Notes under the pieces: generated by a model
What the model was told of the DNA's origin: nothing
The model's input: only the letters and a program-made list of their open reading frames with translations
Database searches by the model: none
Made by a program: the position numbers and the translations under genes
NCBI GenBank assembly: GCA_937996705.1
Contig: CALKUQ010000021.1
Location: 64,527-128,526 of the forward strand
Reading direction: 5' to 3'
DNA from: an uncultured Chlamydiae bacterium
Lineage (GTDB): Bacteria > Chlamydiota > Chlamydiia > Chlamydiales > 2-12-FULL-49-11
Length of the DNA stretch: 64,000 nucleotides
In this document: positions 41,563-50,407 of the stretch, piece after piece
How the letters are laid out: the number at the start of each line of letters is the position of its first letter
Numbering within the stretch: the first letter of the stretch is position 1

Positions 41563-43262
41563 TGGATCACACTCGATGCTGCTATGGTTCTAAGAAGGCT
41601 GAAAGGCTCTTTCATCACCTCTAATAAAAACGGAATAGAATCTCGATTTCCAATAAAGCCGATTGCCTCCAAAATTTGTATTTTTCTCTCCCAATCGACT
41701 TTTTTGTATGCATTCTCTAAAATTTTGGCAGCTTTTGGATCTCCCCCATAAAATGCTAAAGCAAGAGCTGCCTGCATTCTTGTCACCTCATTGTCATCAT
41801 CTAGCAACTTTCGTATCAGATTTAAAGCCTCGCTATCCCCCTCTTCAATTAACAAGACAGAGGCCCCCGTAACAACACCCCACATCTGTTTATCTAAAAA
41901 TTTTTTTACCAGTTCGTTTGCCTCTTCACATCCAGCAATACAAAGAATATTGAGCAAATCGAGTCTTGTTAGATGGTCCATTAAGGCAGGATATCTAGGA
42001 ATTTGAGCGCTGTGGTAGAGAGTACTAGGGGCTAACTGGTTAAACATAGGATAAATACCAGGTCTCCACATAATTTCATCATCGTTTTCGAGAAAAAAGC
42101 TCTTCAAATAGGCAACTGCTTTTTTTAGCTCAATTTTTTGCTTCACCATAGCAAGAGCAATATTCACTTTAATGTAAGGATCCTTTGCCTCATCTAACAC
42201 TTTCGGCAAATGATTGGCTGTATCTCTCCCCCCCACCCCTAAAACAACAGCAGCAAGCCGAGAACTCTGTAGATCTGAAGAACTTACCCAATTCAATAAA
42301 AGAGTTCTCCCTTCATCAGGGCGGATTCTAAGTTTTAACCACGCTGCTAAAATAGCCACCTCTGACTGCACATCCCGAATTAAAAGATCTAAATCATTTT
42401 CGATTTCATAAAGAAGTTTTTCTTCAACGTCCATCGTCCCTAAAACAGAAAGGACTAGACTCCTCACATGAGGCGAGGAGTCTTTTAAAAGGGGGATTAA
42501 AAGGGGGATTTTATCACGTTTATCAAAATGATCAATCACCCTTACCCCAAGTTCCCGCAAGCCTGACCTTTTATTTGTAAGAAGCAACTCTAAATCTTTA
42601 TCTGAAACATTGTCATAGATATTAACAAGTGCATGAATTGCGGAAATTTTCTCCTCTTGGGTCACTGAAAAACTCGCAATTAGCTCTCTTAAAAAAGGGA
42701 CAGCCTCTGTAAGCTTCATAAAACCAACCGACTGCATTGCCTCCATCCGGACAAACCAGTTTTTTTCAGACTTTAAAAGCTCCACCACCCTTTTTTGCAT
42801 TATTTTATCATTATATTGAGGAGCTAAACGCAAAGCAAACGCCCTGAGCAAAATATTGGAGGAATCGAGAGCATCTAAAATCAGATTCATCGTTCTCCCA
42901 TCTTGGGTGAGTGATGCACCAATTAAAGAAGAAATTCTAGCCATCTCTGATTTTTCTTCGTTGTGAACAAGTGTTGCCCAGGCAATCGATTCTAAGAGGG
43001 AAAAATTTTCTTTTAAAGGTTTATGAGAAAACTCTTTCTGAAAAAGATCTAGAGCTGCCCCGCTTTCCCCATTTTCCGCTAGCGATCGAATCAAAAGGGA
43101 TTGGAGCTGTTCTGATTTGGGATAGGCTCCTATGGCAGTTTTACCCAGACCTACTGCAGATGGAAAGTCTTTAATTAAAAGGCATGTTGTGATTCCTTTG
43201 GCAAAATCTTTTTCACTGGAGCAAAGGGATCCACACGCTAAAATTAAAGCTAATCGTATCAT
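41547..43262 (-). CDS. HEAT-repeat lipoprotein
   Basis: The lipobox-like N-terminus is MIRLALILACGS. Multiple HEAT/PBS-lyase-like repeats are present (VRSLVLSVLG, VRMEAMQSVG, TRMQAALALA). It overlaps the start of the downstream M24 peptidase gene by 16 nt. Confidence 0.7.
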   Translation of the reverse strand: MIRLALILACGSLCSSEKDFAKGITTCLLIKDFPSAVGLGKTAIGAYPKSEQLQSLLIRSLAENGESGAALDLFQKEFSHKPLKENFSLLESIAWATLVHNEEKSEMARISSLIGASLTQDGRTMNLILDALDSSNILLRAFALRLAPQYNDKIMQKRVVELLKSEKNWFVRMEAMQSVGFMKLTEAVPFLRELIASFSVTQEEKISAIHALVNIYDNVSDKDLELLLTNKRSGLRELGVRVIDHFDKRDKIPLLIPLLKDSSPHVRSLVLSVLGTMDVEEKLLYEIENDLDLLIRDVQSEVAILAAWLKLRIRPDEGRTLLLNWVSSSDLQSSRLAAVVLGVGGRDTANHLPKVLDEAKDPYIKVNIALAMVKQKIELKKAVAYLKSFFLENDDEIMWRPGIYPMFNQLAPSTLYHSAQIPRYPALMDHLTRLDLLNILCIAGCEEANELVKKFLDKQMWGVVTGASVLLIEEGDSEALNLIRKLLDDDNEVTRMQAALALAFYGGDPKAAKILENAYKKVDWERKIQILEAIGFIGNRDSIPFLLEVMKEPFSLLRTIAASSVIQCLYH

Positions 43263-44143
43263 TTTTTAGACAATACCATTTTTAATGCGCGAATTGCATC
43301 TTCTTTTGTCTTCCAAACAGAAATAAATCTCCCTTTATGACAAAAAATTGCCCCATCGATCCCTGTCTCTTTGCGCAAATCTTCTTGGAGCAATCCTGCC
43401 CATTCTATTGGGAGGGGCCTTCTTACATCCATTTGCTTTTCAAATGAGGGGGGAACTCCCCTTAACTTCCAATGATTTCCACTTGGCATAATGATAAATT
43501 CGGCGGGGTGGTCTTTTCCTCCCAGTTCAAAAAAAGCCTCAAGCCACGGCATCGCTTTTTCAAAAACCAGACACTCTTTCATCTGTTCCATGATACCTCG
43601 GACACTCTCTTTACATTTTTGCATATAAAGAAATTTCTTTTCAATTCTAGCTAAATGACCTCTTGCAAATTCAAGTGCCTCAAAAAACGCATCATCTAGC
43701 CCACTATCCCCCATAACGCCGTGCTCTGCGGGAACAAAAGCCGAAATCACTGAGGAAAATGTACACAACCCAAAAATTGGTTGAAGTCTTCCATTATCAA
43801 TATCATCGACCCCTCGAATCAGTGTGCGATTCAGGTAGTTGTAATAAATATCAGAGATGATTTTTTGATCTCTCAAATACTCCCAAATCATACCAGCACT
43901 ACTTAATTCGCCCTTGTACTCGAGTTGATGATGGTCAAATCTTCTCCTTTTCGGATCATATTCCCCCCCCACATCACAAACAAAATCACAAGACTCTAAA
44001 CGGCCTAGCTCTCTTGTACGTATAATTTTATCAAGATCTATTAAATTAAAATGGAGAAGAAGAGCGCACGCTGTTACTTCATCAGCATGAAACTCGCCAC
44101 TATGGACACCACAACTTCTAGAAAGAACACCAATCGTTTTCAT
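43259..44143 (-). CDS. MYG1/UPF0160 family metal-dependent hydrolase
   Basis: I prefer the start at MKTIGVLS (ATG 44143). The N-terminal motif is GVHSGEFHADEVTACALL, typical of MYG1 family proteins. ATGA-type 4-nt overlap with the HEAT gene. Confidence 0.8.
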   Translation of the reverse strand: MKTIGVLSRSCGVHSGEFHADEVTACALLLHFNLIDLDKIIRTRELGRLESCDFVCDVGGEYDPKRRRFDHHQLEYKGELSSAGMIWEYLRDQKIISDIYYNYLNRTLIRGVDDIDNGRLQPIFGLCTFSSVISAFVPAEHGVMGDSGLDDAFFEALEFARGHLARIEKKFLYMQKCKESVRGIMEQMKECLVFEKAMPWLEAFFELGGKDHPAEFIIMPSGNHWKLRGVPPSFEKQMDVRRPLPIEWAGLLQEDLRKETGIDGAIFCHKGRFISVWKTKEDAIRALKMVLSKK

Positions 44144-44447
44144 AAAAACACCTATAAAACAGGTTATCTTATCAGATTTCGGGGGTTTTTGGAACAAAAA
44201 ATAACACTCTTAACAAAATACAAACATGAATGAACAAATTGTGGAAAGTTTGAACAGAAATTGTGCAAAAACAACCAATAAAGAGAAAGCTAGCTTATTT
44301 TCTCTTGGTAAACTTTTTCGAATTATTCGTCTATAAGTTTTTTATGCGACTGAAAATTAATTGATTAAAAAAATTTTATATTGTGATAAATCTGTAGATA
44401 GCCTCTAAATCATGGACTTATCTTTTAACACAAAAAATGTTCATAAG

Positions 44448-44747
44448 TCATATGATTTTTCTTTGCTTAGCCATTTTAAGCTCATCAATCACAGCCCCCA
44501 TCGCCAACGCGCATGCTAAAACATCAAATGGCTTAGTGACACAACTCACAATTTCGGCAACATCGGTAGTGAGCTCGATTGCTGAATCTATATGGAGAGT
44601 GTTATTAATTTCTAAAAGCTTATTTGCAATTCTCTTGAGCTCTTTTTGCTGCTCTTCCAACGAAGCCTTATGATTAAAATTAATAACATCTCTTTTAAGA
44701 GCTTCAAGATCCTCTACGATTGGATCCTCTTTTTTTTTAGGCTCCAT
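44448..44747 (-). CDS. Hypothetical small protein (99 aa)
   Basis: Charged coiled-coil N-terminal half and hydrophobic C-terminal half. Its start overlaps the stop of the upstream 132-aa gene by 11 nt. Confidence 0.5.
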   Translation of the reverse strand: MEPKKKEDPIVEDLEALKRDVINFNHKASLEEQQKELKRIANKLLEINNTLHIDSAIELTTDVAEIVSCVTKPFDVLACALAMGAVIDELKMAKQRKII

Positions 44748-45135
44748 CGCTCTCTTCCACGTCCCAAGTTTGAATTACTGACATAATTCTATCAATGACA
44801 TTCATGCTAGAGGCGCAAAGAGAGATAATAAGAAAAAGGCTAAAATCTTTCCCCCCCATTGATAACTGCCAGTTATTTCTCATAGCTTCAAGGCCTGTTT
44901 TAATATCTTCAAAATCATCTGGCGCCATTTTTGAAATTTGGCCATACAATGTTGTCTCAAGCAACGTAATACTGTCAAAAAAGACAGCTACTTCGCTCTC
45001 ACTTATGTCATTTTCATCCGCTTTTTCCGCAGCGCCCCAAGTTGCTCCATACAATAATTTTGTTGTATTATTAAATGTATAAGCCCAAAGTCCTACAGCC
45101 TGAGTAACGCAATTTTGGTAGATATCTTCTGACAT
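44737..45135 (-). CDS. Hypothetical small acidic protein (132 aa)
   Basis: GGAGGAAATT lies upstream of the ATG. The protein is acidic and has no recognisable domain. It is the first gene of a two-gene overlapping pair. Confidence 0.55.
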   Translation of the reverse strand: MSEDIYQNCVTQAVGLWAYTFNNTTKLLYGATWGAAEKADENDISESEVAVFFDSITLLETTLYGQISKMAPDDFEDIKTGLEAMRNNWQLSMGGKDFSLFLIISLCASSMNVIDRIMSVIQTWDVEESDGA

Positions 45136-45231
45136 AATTTCCTCCTTAGTTATACAGCGAATTATAACAAACAGAGAAGAAATATATAACTTATTGATAA
45201 TTATAACTGATCACATTTCAAACAAACAGTG

Positions 45232-45259
45232 AAAAAATTCAGGCAAAATGGGATTTGCC
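45232..45259 (-). terminator. Possible weak terminator downstream of the 45363-45701 gene
   Basis: On the minus strand, a GGCAAA / TTTGCC stem is followed by TGAATTTTTT. The stem is short. Confidence 0.35.
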
Positions 45260-45362
45260 TAAGTCAGAATCGGCTTCGGGGGGGCGCAGGGATTCTCCCC
45301 AGCGCATGTTTTCAAAACTTTATTCTTTTTAAATTTAAGTCGGAATTAGCCAACAAAGCCGG

Positions 45363-45701
45363 CTAGATGGGAAGTTTCGATCTTGCTTCATGTAAATCAC
45401 GAATTAAGGGGCCATGATCCTCCCCACTTTTGATTAAATAAATGATAAAGCGCTCTATAACAACATCAATATTTTTGCTTGGGTGCTCTTGAAGACGCTC
45501 ATGCTCCCAAGCCATTGCAATTACTTCTTTGTGGCGCAAATTATTGGATAGATTGCTACGGACTGAAGAGACGGCAACAGCTGCAATACTACTTGTATCT
45601 TGAATTTTTTTCCCCAGCAAAATTTTTTGGGAAGAAATATTCGGAAAGGGGGGAGAAGAACCTACCACACTTGGATTTCCCCCAATTTTTTCAATTCCCA
45701 T
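45363..45701 (-). CDS. Hypothetical protein (112 aa)
   Basis: Clean ORF divergent from the LOG-domain gene, with a Ser-rich N-terminal half. No domain recognised. Confidence 0.45.
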   Translation of the reverse strand: MGIEKIGGNPSVVGSSPPFPNISSQKILLGKKIQDTSSIAAVAVSSVRSNLSNNLRHKEVIAMAWEHERLQEHPSKNIDVVIERFIIYLIKSGEDHGPLIRDLHEARSKLPI

Positions 45702-45775
45702 AGACCACCTTTAAAATCTCTTTTAACTCATTTTCTCCATTTCTTTAAATTGTTTTTTCCATTTATGATCCAGTT

Positions 45776-47926
45776 ATGCCCAGAAATATATTCTCTCACC
45801 CCTACGATCTTATCTCCCCTGATGGAAAAATCAAAAAGATCAACTCATTTAATAACAATGAATTAGAGTCGATTGTCGAAATTGAGAATATCTCCCCCTA
45901 TTTTAAAGGCTTTCAAATAGATCCCAAATTGGTCCAATTTAATATTAAAAGTACTTTTGCTCAACTCGGGATTGATGGGAGAGGATTAGATCTTGAGCTT
46001 TTCCCAAAACTATATAAAGCTCAGTTGCTTGTAAAATTAAAAGCGTTTAATCCTATTGGACAAAAACTCTTAAGTCTCATCACAGAAGGGGTCTTCCTAG
46101 GAAAATTATTCGCAGCAGATGACAGACGAAGAGTGAGACACGCAGATTATTTACATCGCCTTCTAGGCAAATCGGATGAAACCGGAAATCCTTTACTAGT
46201 TGTTAGCGAGGGTTATAAAACAGAAATCATCTTAGAGCAGCCCGAAAAAAACAGGACGATTGTGAAACTACCCTTAATTCCAGGGATTTGGGTTTATGAC
46301 GATGCAGTATACGGATTTTTAGAAACAATTATACGTGGGCTGAAGCAATCGGAGAGCCACTTCAGATCCTCCCTTTTTCTCCATCAAGTTAAAAAAGATT
46401 TTCCTGCAAAAATCCCTGAAGGTCAAATGCTTTTAGTTAAAACTATGAAAATGAGCATGCCTACCCTTTTTGCAAGAGTTGTTCATGAAGAGCTCCCCAA
46501 AGGCTATTTTCATGCTACCGCCGATATCATTGAACCTCAGAAGAAAACAGGGGATATTTTTGAATTTCATGGATCTAGCTCTGAAGAGATCACCCACATC
46601 CCTCTAGAATTTTATACTCTCGAATCGTACCGAGAACATTTTTTCTTTTCCGACAGAGACCTCTTGCACGAGTGCTTAAAAGAGCCCGAAAGTCTCTTTC
46701 GAGCTTTTGAGACAGCTCCCGATACTGAGGCTGCAGCTTTTATCGTTAAAGGAGAACATCTTGTAAAATTATCCACACCTGATTGGCTCTTATCAGATCT
46801 GCCTATTGAGGGGAATTTAGTGATCCCCCCTCTAGATCGAAAAGATCACGCAGTTTTAAATAATTTTATTAAGTCCCAAGCAATTTACACCATTGTTAAA
46901 GCGATGCAAGAGGGGGTTATTACCAGCCAAGGAATCATACTTTCCAAGTACCTACCTGCCCCCATATTAAAAAGTTTTCTACTGAATGAACGGGTAACAA
47001 GATGTTTGAAGGCGATTTACTTCAAAATCCCCTCCCTTCGCCATGGCGATTATTTTTCTCACGATGATCGGGTCTTATTACACGATCTTGCCAAAGCCTC
47101 CGTAGATGTCTTCTGGGTAGATTTTACCTCTCATCTTCTTCTTAAATACGTCCTTCGTTCCGATAAAGATTTTGGAATGTTTGTCCCAGTAGATAAGGTA
47201 AATGATTTTCAAAAAGCAACATTTTTTGGAATTTATGGCTCTAGGCTTGTAGATTCGGATTATCGAGAAGAATTTAAGGAGTGTTTTAAAGGGTTAATTC
47301 AAATGAAGAGCGAGCTAGATCATGAAAAACTCAATCCGGAGACTTCGATAGCTGTTAGTACAGGTGGAGGTCCAGGGGTTATGGCCATGGGAAATCAAAT
47401 TGCAAATGAGCTTGGCCTTCTCTCTTGTGGCCACGCGGTAAACTTTAAAAAACCTCATGAATTTGATGAAAAAGAAGAACCTATCAATCCCTTCATCCAA
47501 GCAAAAATGACCTATAGCCTTGAACAAATTATTGTACGTCAATCTGAGTTTGGTCTCGATTTCCCTATCTTTTGCCAGGGAGGTGTCGGAACAGATTTTG
47601 AACATGCTTTAGAACTTCTGAGAACTCAAGTTGGCAGCAGGCCGGCTGCCCCCATTCTCCTTTTTGGCCCCCCCGATTACTGGCGCTCTAAAATCACCCC
47701 CCTCTACCAGAGTAATCTCTCCATAGGCACGATTAAAGGGACAGAGTGGACTTCAAACACCTTTTTTTGTGTACAAACAAGCAAACAAGCGCTAGCCATC
47801 TACTATAAATATTTTACAAACAGACTTCCTATAGGCCCCAATTACCCACCTGCAAAAGATGGATTTGTTATCTCAGAGGGGGCCGATCTAACTCCTGACA
47901 CCTCCTCTCCCCCCTCCCCAATTTGA
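45776..47926 (+). CDS. 716-aa protein with a C-terminal LOG/PpnN-like (TIGR00730-type) nucleotide-binding Rossmann domain and a ~480-aa unknown N-terminal region
   Basis: LOG-family motifs are STGGGPGVMAMGN (GGGxGxM) and FCQGGVGTDFEHALELL (PGGxGTxxE). The segment between them, EEPINPFIQAKM...EQIIVRQSEF, parallels E. coli PpnN. Confidence 0.7.
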   Translation: MPRNIFSHPYDLISPDGKIKKINSFNNNELESIVEIENISPYFKGFQIDPKLVQFNIKSTFAQLGIDGRGLDLELFPKLYKAQLLVKLKAFNPIGQKLLSLITEGVFLGKLFAADDRRRVRHADYLHRLLGKSDETGNPLLVVSEGYKTEIILEQPEKNRTIVKLPLIPGIWVYDDAVYGFLETIIRGLKQSESHFRSSLFLHQVKKDFPAKIPEGQMLLVKTMKMSMPTLFARVVHEELPKGYFHATADIIEPQKKTGDIFEFHGSSSEEITHIPLEFYTLESYREHFFFSDRDLLHECLKEPESLFRAFETAPDTEAAAFIVKGEHLVKLSTPDWLLSDLPIEGNLVIPPLDRKDHAVLNNFIKSQAIYTIVKAMQEGVITSQGIILSKYLPAPILKSFLLNERVTRCLKAIYFKIPSLRHGDYFSHDDRVLLHDLAKASVDVFWVDFTSHLLLKYVLRSDKDFGMFVPVDKVNDFQKATFFGIYGSRLVDSDYREEFKECFKGLIQMKSELDHEKLNPETSIAVSTGGGPGVMAMGNQIANELGLLSCGHAVNFKKPHEFDEKEEPINPFIQAKMTYSLEQIIVRQSEFGLDFPIFCQGGVGTDFEHALELLRTQVGSRPAAPILLFGPPDYWRSKITPLYQSNLSIGTIKGTEWTSNTFFCVQTSKQALAIYYKYFTNRLPIGPNYPPAKDGFVISEGADLTPDTSSPPSPI

Positions 47927-47983
47927 CATAAATCATGCAATTTCACTATCATAGCTCCACCTAATCAAACAAAAGGTGAATAC

Positions 47984-48607
47984 ATGATAAAAACAATGAC
48001 AACACTACTTCTTCTTGCATCAGCAACTGTTTTTGCGGAAAGTGTAGCTCTTCCAGTTTCTAAAGAACTTATTCAAAATGCAGCACCTATAAATTCAAGA
48101 CAAGCAGAAGGGACCATCTACTTTAGAGCTGTAACAAGCTCAACTGCGCGAAGTGATATCGATGTTTTTCCAGGACTTGGTTTAGGTTACAGAAAATCAT
48201 TTGGCCATTCGGGACTAGATGTTTCTTTTAATTTTATTAAAGGGGCAGGTTGGGGAAATACCCAAAAACTAGAAGCGTGGACCGCTCCAAAAGTTACCTA
48301 CCTCTATTACATAAATGCAAATAGCCCCTCTAGCTTTTACGCTGGGACAGGCCTTGCATGGGGTGGCACCTCTTACAGAAAAACTGTAACAATTCTCGAA
48401 GAAGATGGTATTACACAAACTCTAAGTTATCAAACTTCAGCATTCAGAGGTCTTATTCCTAACATCGTTTTAGGTTATGAGTTCCTCCGCCATGAACTTG
48501 TAACTTCTTTCGTAGAACTCACAGCTAGCCAGCCAGTTATTCCAAGCTACTCAAGCGGATTACTCCCAAGACCTGCTTTGGAACTCTCTCTAGGCGCCGG
48601 CTTCTAA
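47984..48607 (+). CDS. Outer-membrane beta-barrel protein
   Basis: The signal peptide is MIKTMTTLLLLASATVFAES. It has alternating hydrophobic beta-strand patterns, aromatic girdle residues and a C-terminal ...LSLGAGF ending in Phe. Confidence 0.7.
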   Translation: MIKTMTTLLLLASATVFAESVALPVSKELIQNAAPINSRQAEGTIYFRAVTSSTARSDIDVFPGLGLGYRKSFGHSGLDVSFNFIKGAGWGNTQKLEAWTAPKVTYLYYINANSPSSFYAGTGLAWGGTSYRKTVTILEEDGITQTLSYQTSAFRGLIPNIVLGYEFLRHELVTSFVELTASQPVIPSYSSGLLPRPALELSLGAGF

Positions 48608-48634
48608 TCTAGGAATTACAAAAGTTTTCTTGAA

Positions 48635-48671
48635 ACCCTTGTGGATAAAATCGTGCACAAGGGTTTTTTTT
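48635..48671 (+). terminator. Rho-independent terminator
   Basis: A 9-bp stem ACCCTTGTG / CACAAGGGT with a 12-nt loop is followed by T8. Confidence 0.8.
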
Positions 48672-48735
48672 ACACCTAATAATTAGTCACTTGTGCTATA
48701 GTCTCTTCAATTAATTTTAAAGGAATTGAAATCCG

Positions 48736-49743
48736 ATGAAACCAGTAGCCTTACTCTTTACAGAAACTGCAGTCTTGTGGGAGTTATCTGGAGGAAAGCC
48801 AGATCGGAGAGAACCCTTTATTGGACTCCCTGACAAGAGAACCCGTGTAATTCAACAAAGTCAAAAAGGGCCCTTATGCGCCTATTACAGCATGTTACCC
48901 TTAAGAGTTCGAATAGGGCCTACTCACTCAAGCTCGTTTCAGACTTTCCGTTCGGATGAAAAAATAATTTCTATATGGCGTAAAGAATTGATTGCTATTA
49001 GTTCCAGGCGCTATCGACTTTTAATAAATTCTGAAGAGTACGAGGCCTGTATAAACACCTGTCATGAAAATCTATTACTTGCCTTTGGAATAAATTATAT
49101 TTATATGGCACTAGGTGACATTTCTATAAAAGGAATTCCTTCATGGAAAATTTGGCATTCTAGCGGTCCATTAACTAAGGAGAATTTATTAAGAATTGTA
49201 AAAAACTATTTTAACTCCTTACCCCTTAGAGATAGGCAGGCACTGATTCATAATTTTGTTATTCGAGTTTTAATAGAAAAATATCAATTAGAATATTCTA
49301 GTTGGACTCCCGAACAACCGATTGATAGTTTAATGAAGAATCTAAAAGAGCATGGTCCCATGACAGTTAGCGGCTATTTAGGTCCTGTATTTTACTTAGC
49401 TCCTCCCCGCCTCTCTGCGCGTAAAATTTCAGACCACTCCCTTCACTATTTCCCTAAAGGAACTCAGCGAAAGCCTGAATTTGGTGATTGTCACGCAATC
49501 ATCGTCATTGGTGCTGAAAAAATAGGTGATCAAGAATTGGTCTACTATAGCGATCCCCACGACATAAGTGACCCGATTTCAGGTAGAAAAATATATGCAC
49601 AATCTTATAACACGTTTGTATCAGCAATACACCAACCCCTTGCTATAAAGGCATGCTTACTCGATGGAGACTCCCTACGATATTTTTCTGATGTTTATGG
49701 TGTACACGCTCATCGATCCTTACAACCCAACTCCGATAGATAG
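48736..49743 (+). CDS. Hypothetical protein, candidate papain-like (clan CA) cysteine protease / effector
   Basis: The motifs occur in the order QSQKGPLC48AYYS, then GDCH253AIIVIGAE, then LVYYSD273PH. This mimics papain Q-x5-C, then HAVxxVGY, then xxxKNSW. Confidence 0.45.
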   Translation: MKPVALLFTETAVLWELSGGKPDRREPFIGLPDKRTRVIQQSQKGPLCAYYSMLPLRVRIGPTHSSSFQTFRSDEKIISIWRKELIAISSRRYRLLINSEEYEACINTCHENLLLAFGINYIYMALGDISIKGIPSWKIWHSSGPLTKENLLRIVKNYFNSLPLRDRQALIHNFVIRVLIEKYQLEYSSWTPEQPIDSLMKNLKEHGPMTVSGYLGPVFYLAPPRLSARKISDHSLHYFPKGTQRKPEFGDCHAIIVIGAEKIGDQELVYYSDPHDISDPISGRKIYAQSYNTFVSAIHQPLAIKACLLDGDSLRYFSDVYGVHAHRSLQPNSDR

Positions 49744-49825
49744 GGCTAATTTTCGAAACACGCCACCTTTAAATTTGGCGAGTGCTCGCTTGCCTAGCAT
49801 CCAACAGTAGTCGCACCGACGCAGG

Positions 49826-49892
49826 CTTCACCTAATTCAAATCTGGGTAGTACTCTTTGAAAAATTCCAATTTTTGAAACTCTCTTAGTATA
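49826..49892. repeat. Dispersed repeat, copy D (inverted relative to 52107-52175)
   Basis: The reverse complement tatactaagagagtttcaaaaattggaatttttcaaagagtactacccagatttgaattaggtg aligns to tatactgagagtgtttcaaaaattgaaattttccaaagagtagtctccagatttaaattacctg. Confidence 0.75.
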
Positions 49893-49915
49893 ACAGGAAA
49901 ATGTAAGATTCTAAC

Positions 49916-49944
49916 TTTACAAGCAAATCAAAAACCAGTATAAT
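49916..49944 (+). promoter_or_regulatory. Sigma-70/66-type promoter for tRNA-Met
   Basis: -35 TTTACA (49916-49921), a 17-nt spacer and -10 TATAAT (49939-49944), 15 nt upstream of the tRNA 5' end. Confidence 0.55.
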
Positions 49945-49959
49945 TTTAATTTCTTGTGA

Positions 49960-50033
49960 GGGGCAATAGCTCAGTTGGTTAGAGCGTCGGACTCATAATC
50001 CGCAGGTCCCAGGTTCAAGTCCTGGTTGCCCCA
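49960..50033 (+). tRNA. tRNA with CAT anticodon (elongator Met, or Ile2 if lysidine-modified)
   Basis: GGGGCAATAGCTCAGTTGGTTAGAGCGTCGGACTCATAATCCGCAGGTCCCAGGTTCAAGTCCTGGTTGCCCCA folds as a 74-nt cloverleaf. The paired G1-C72 argues against an initiator tRNA. No 3' CCA is encoded. Confidence 0.88.
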
Positions 50034-50407
50034 CTCGTATAATAAATTTCTATTTAGTTTAGACTCTTCTATTTTGCCCCTTTCCTTAAGTGGCTGCATA
50101 ACTTTGTCAGTCACCCGAGCCCGATCTGGTTATAGGAGGAGAATACAATACTACTTTTTGCGACAACAGGTATCGTCTCAATCTCCCCATCGGCTGGGAA
50201 TTAATCACTCTATTCGATGCAAACTTTCTAGGGGCTTTCTATACTACTCTTGGTAATTTTAATATGAGTGGATTAACCACAGGGCTCACCTTTGATTTTT
50301 AGCCCTAAAAAAATTAATAGTTAAATGCCTTGCTTTAATTATTTTATTAAGTCCTTTATAATAAATATTACGCATTGATAAATTTCTTTTTTATCGCTAA
50401 AATAGGT

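Noticed and set aside
44437-44673. 78-aa plus-strand ORF antisense to the 99-aa gene.
   Set aside because: The minus-strand pair shows start/stop coupling and an RBS on the first gene. The plus-strand ORF has neither.
45262-45330. Weak resemblance of cggcttcgggggggcgcagggattctccccagcgcatgttttcaaaac to the dispersed repeat (gggattacctaggtttcaaatagag).
   Set aside because: Only short patches match. I cannot distinguish this from chance without a formal alignment.
45600-45866. 88-aa plus-strand ORF overlapping the divergent promoter region and the start of the LOG-domain gene.
   Set aside because: It is out of frame with, and overlaps, two better-supported genes. Its composition is low-complexity and Phe/Leu/Pro-rich.
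50026-50256. 76-aa ORF starting inside the 3' end of tRNA-Met, and a search for an integrase remnant next to the tRNA.
   Set aside because: The ORF overlaps the tRNA and has an implausible Ser/Arg/Leu-rich sequence. My six-frame reading of 50034-50400 showed no integrase-like motif. I did not find a direct repeat of the tRNA 3' end downstream.
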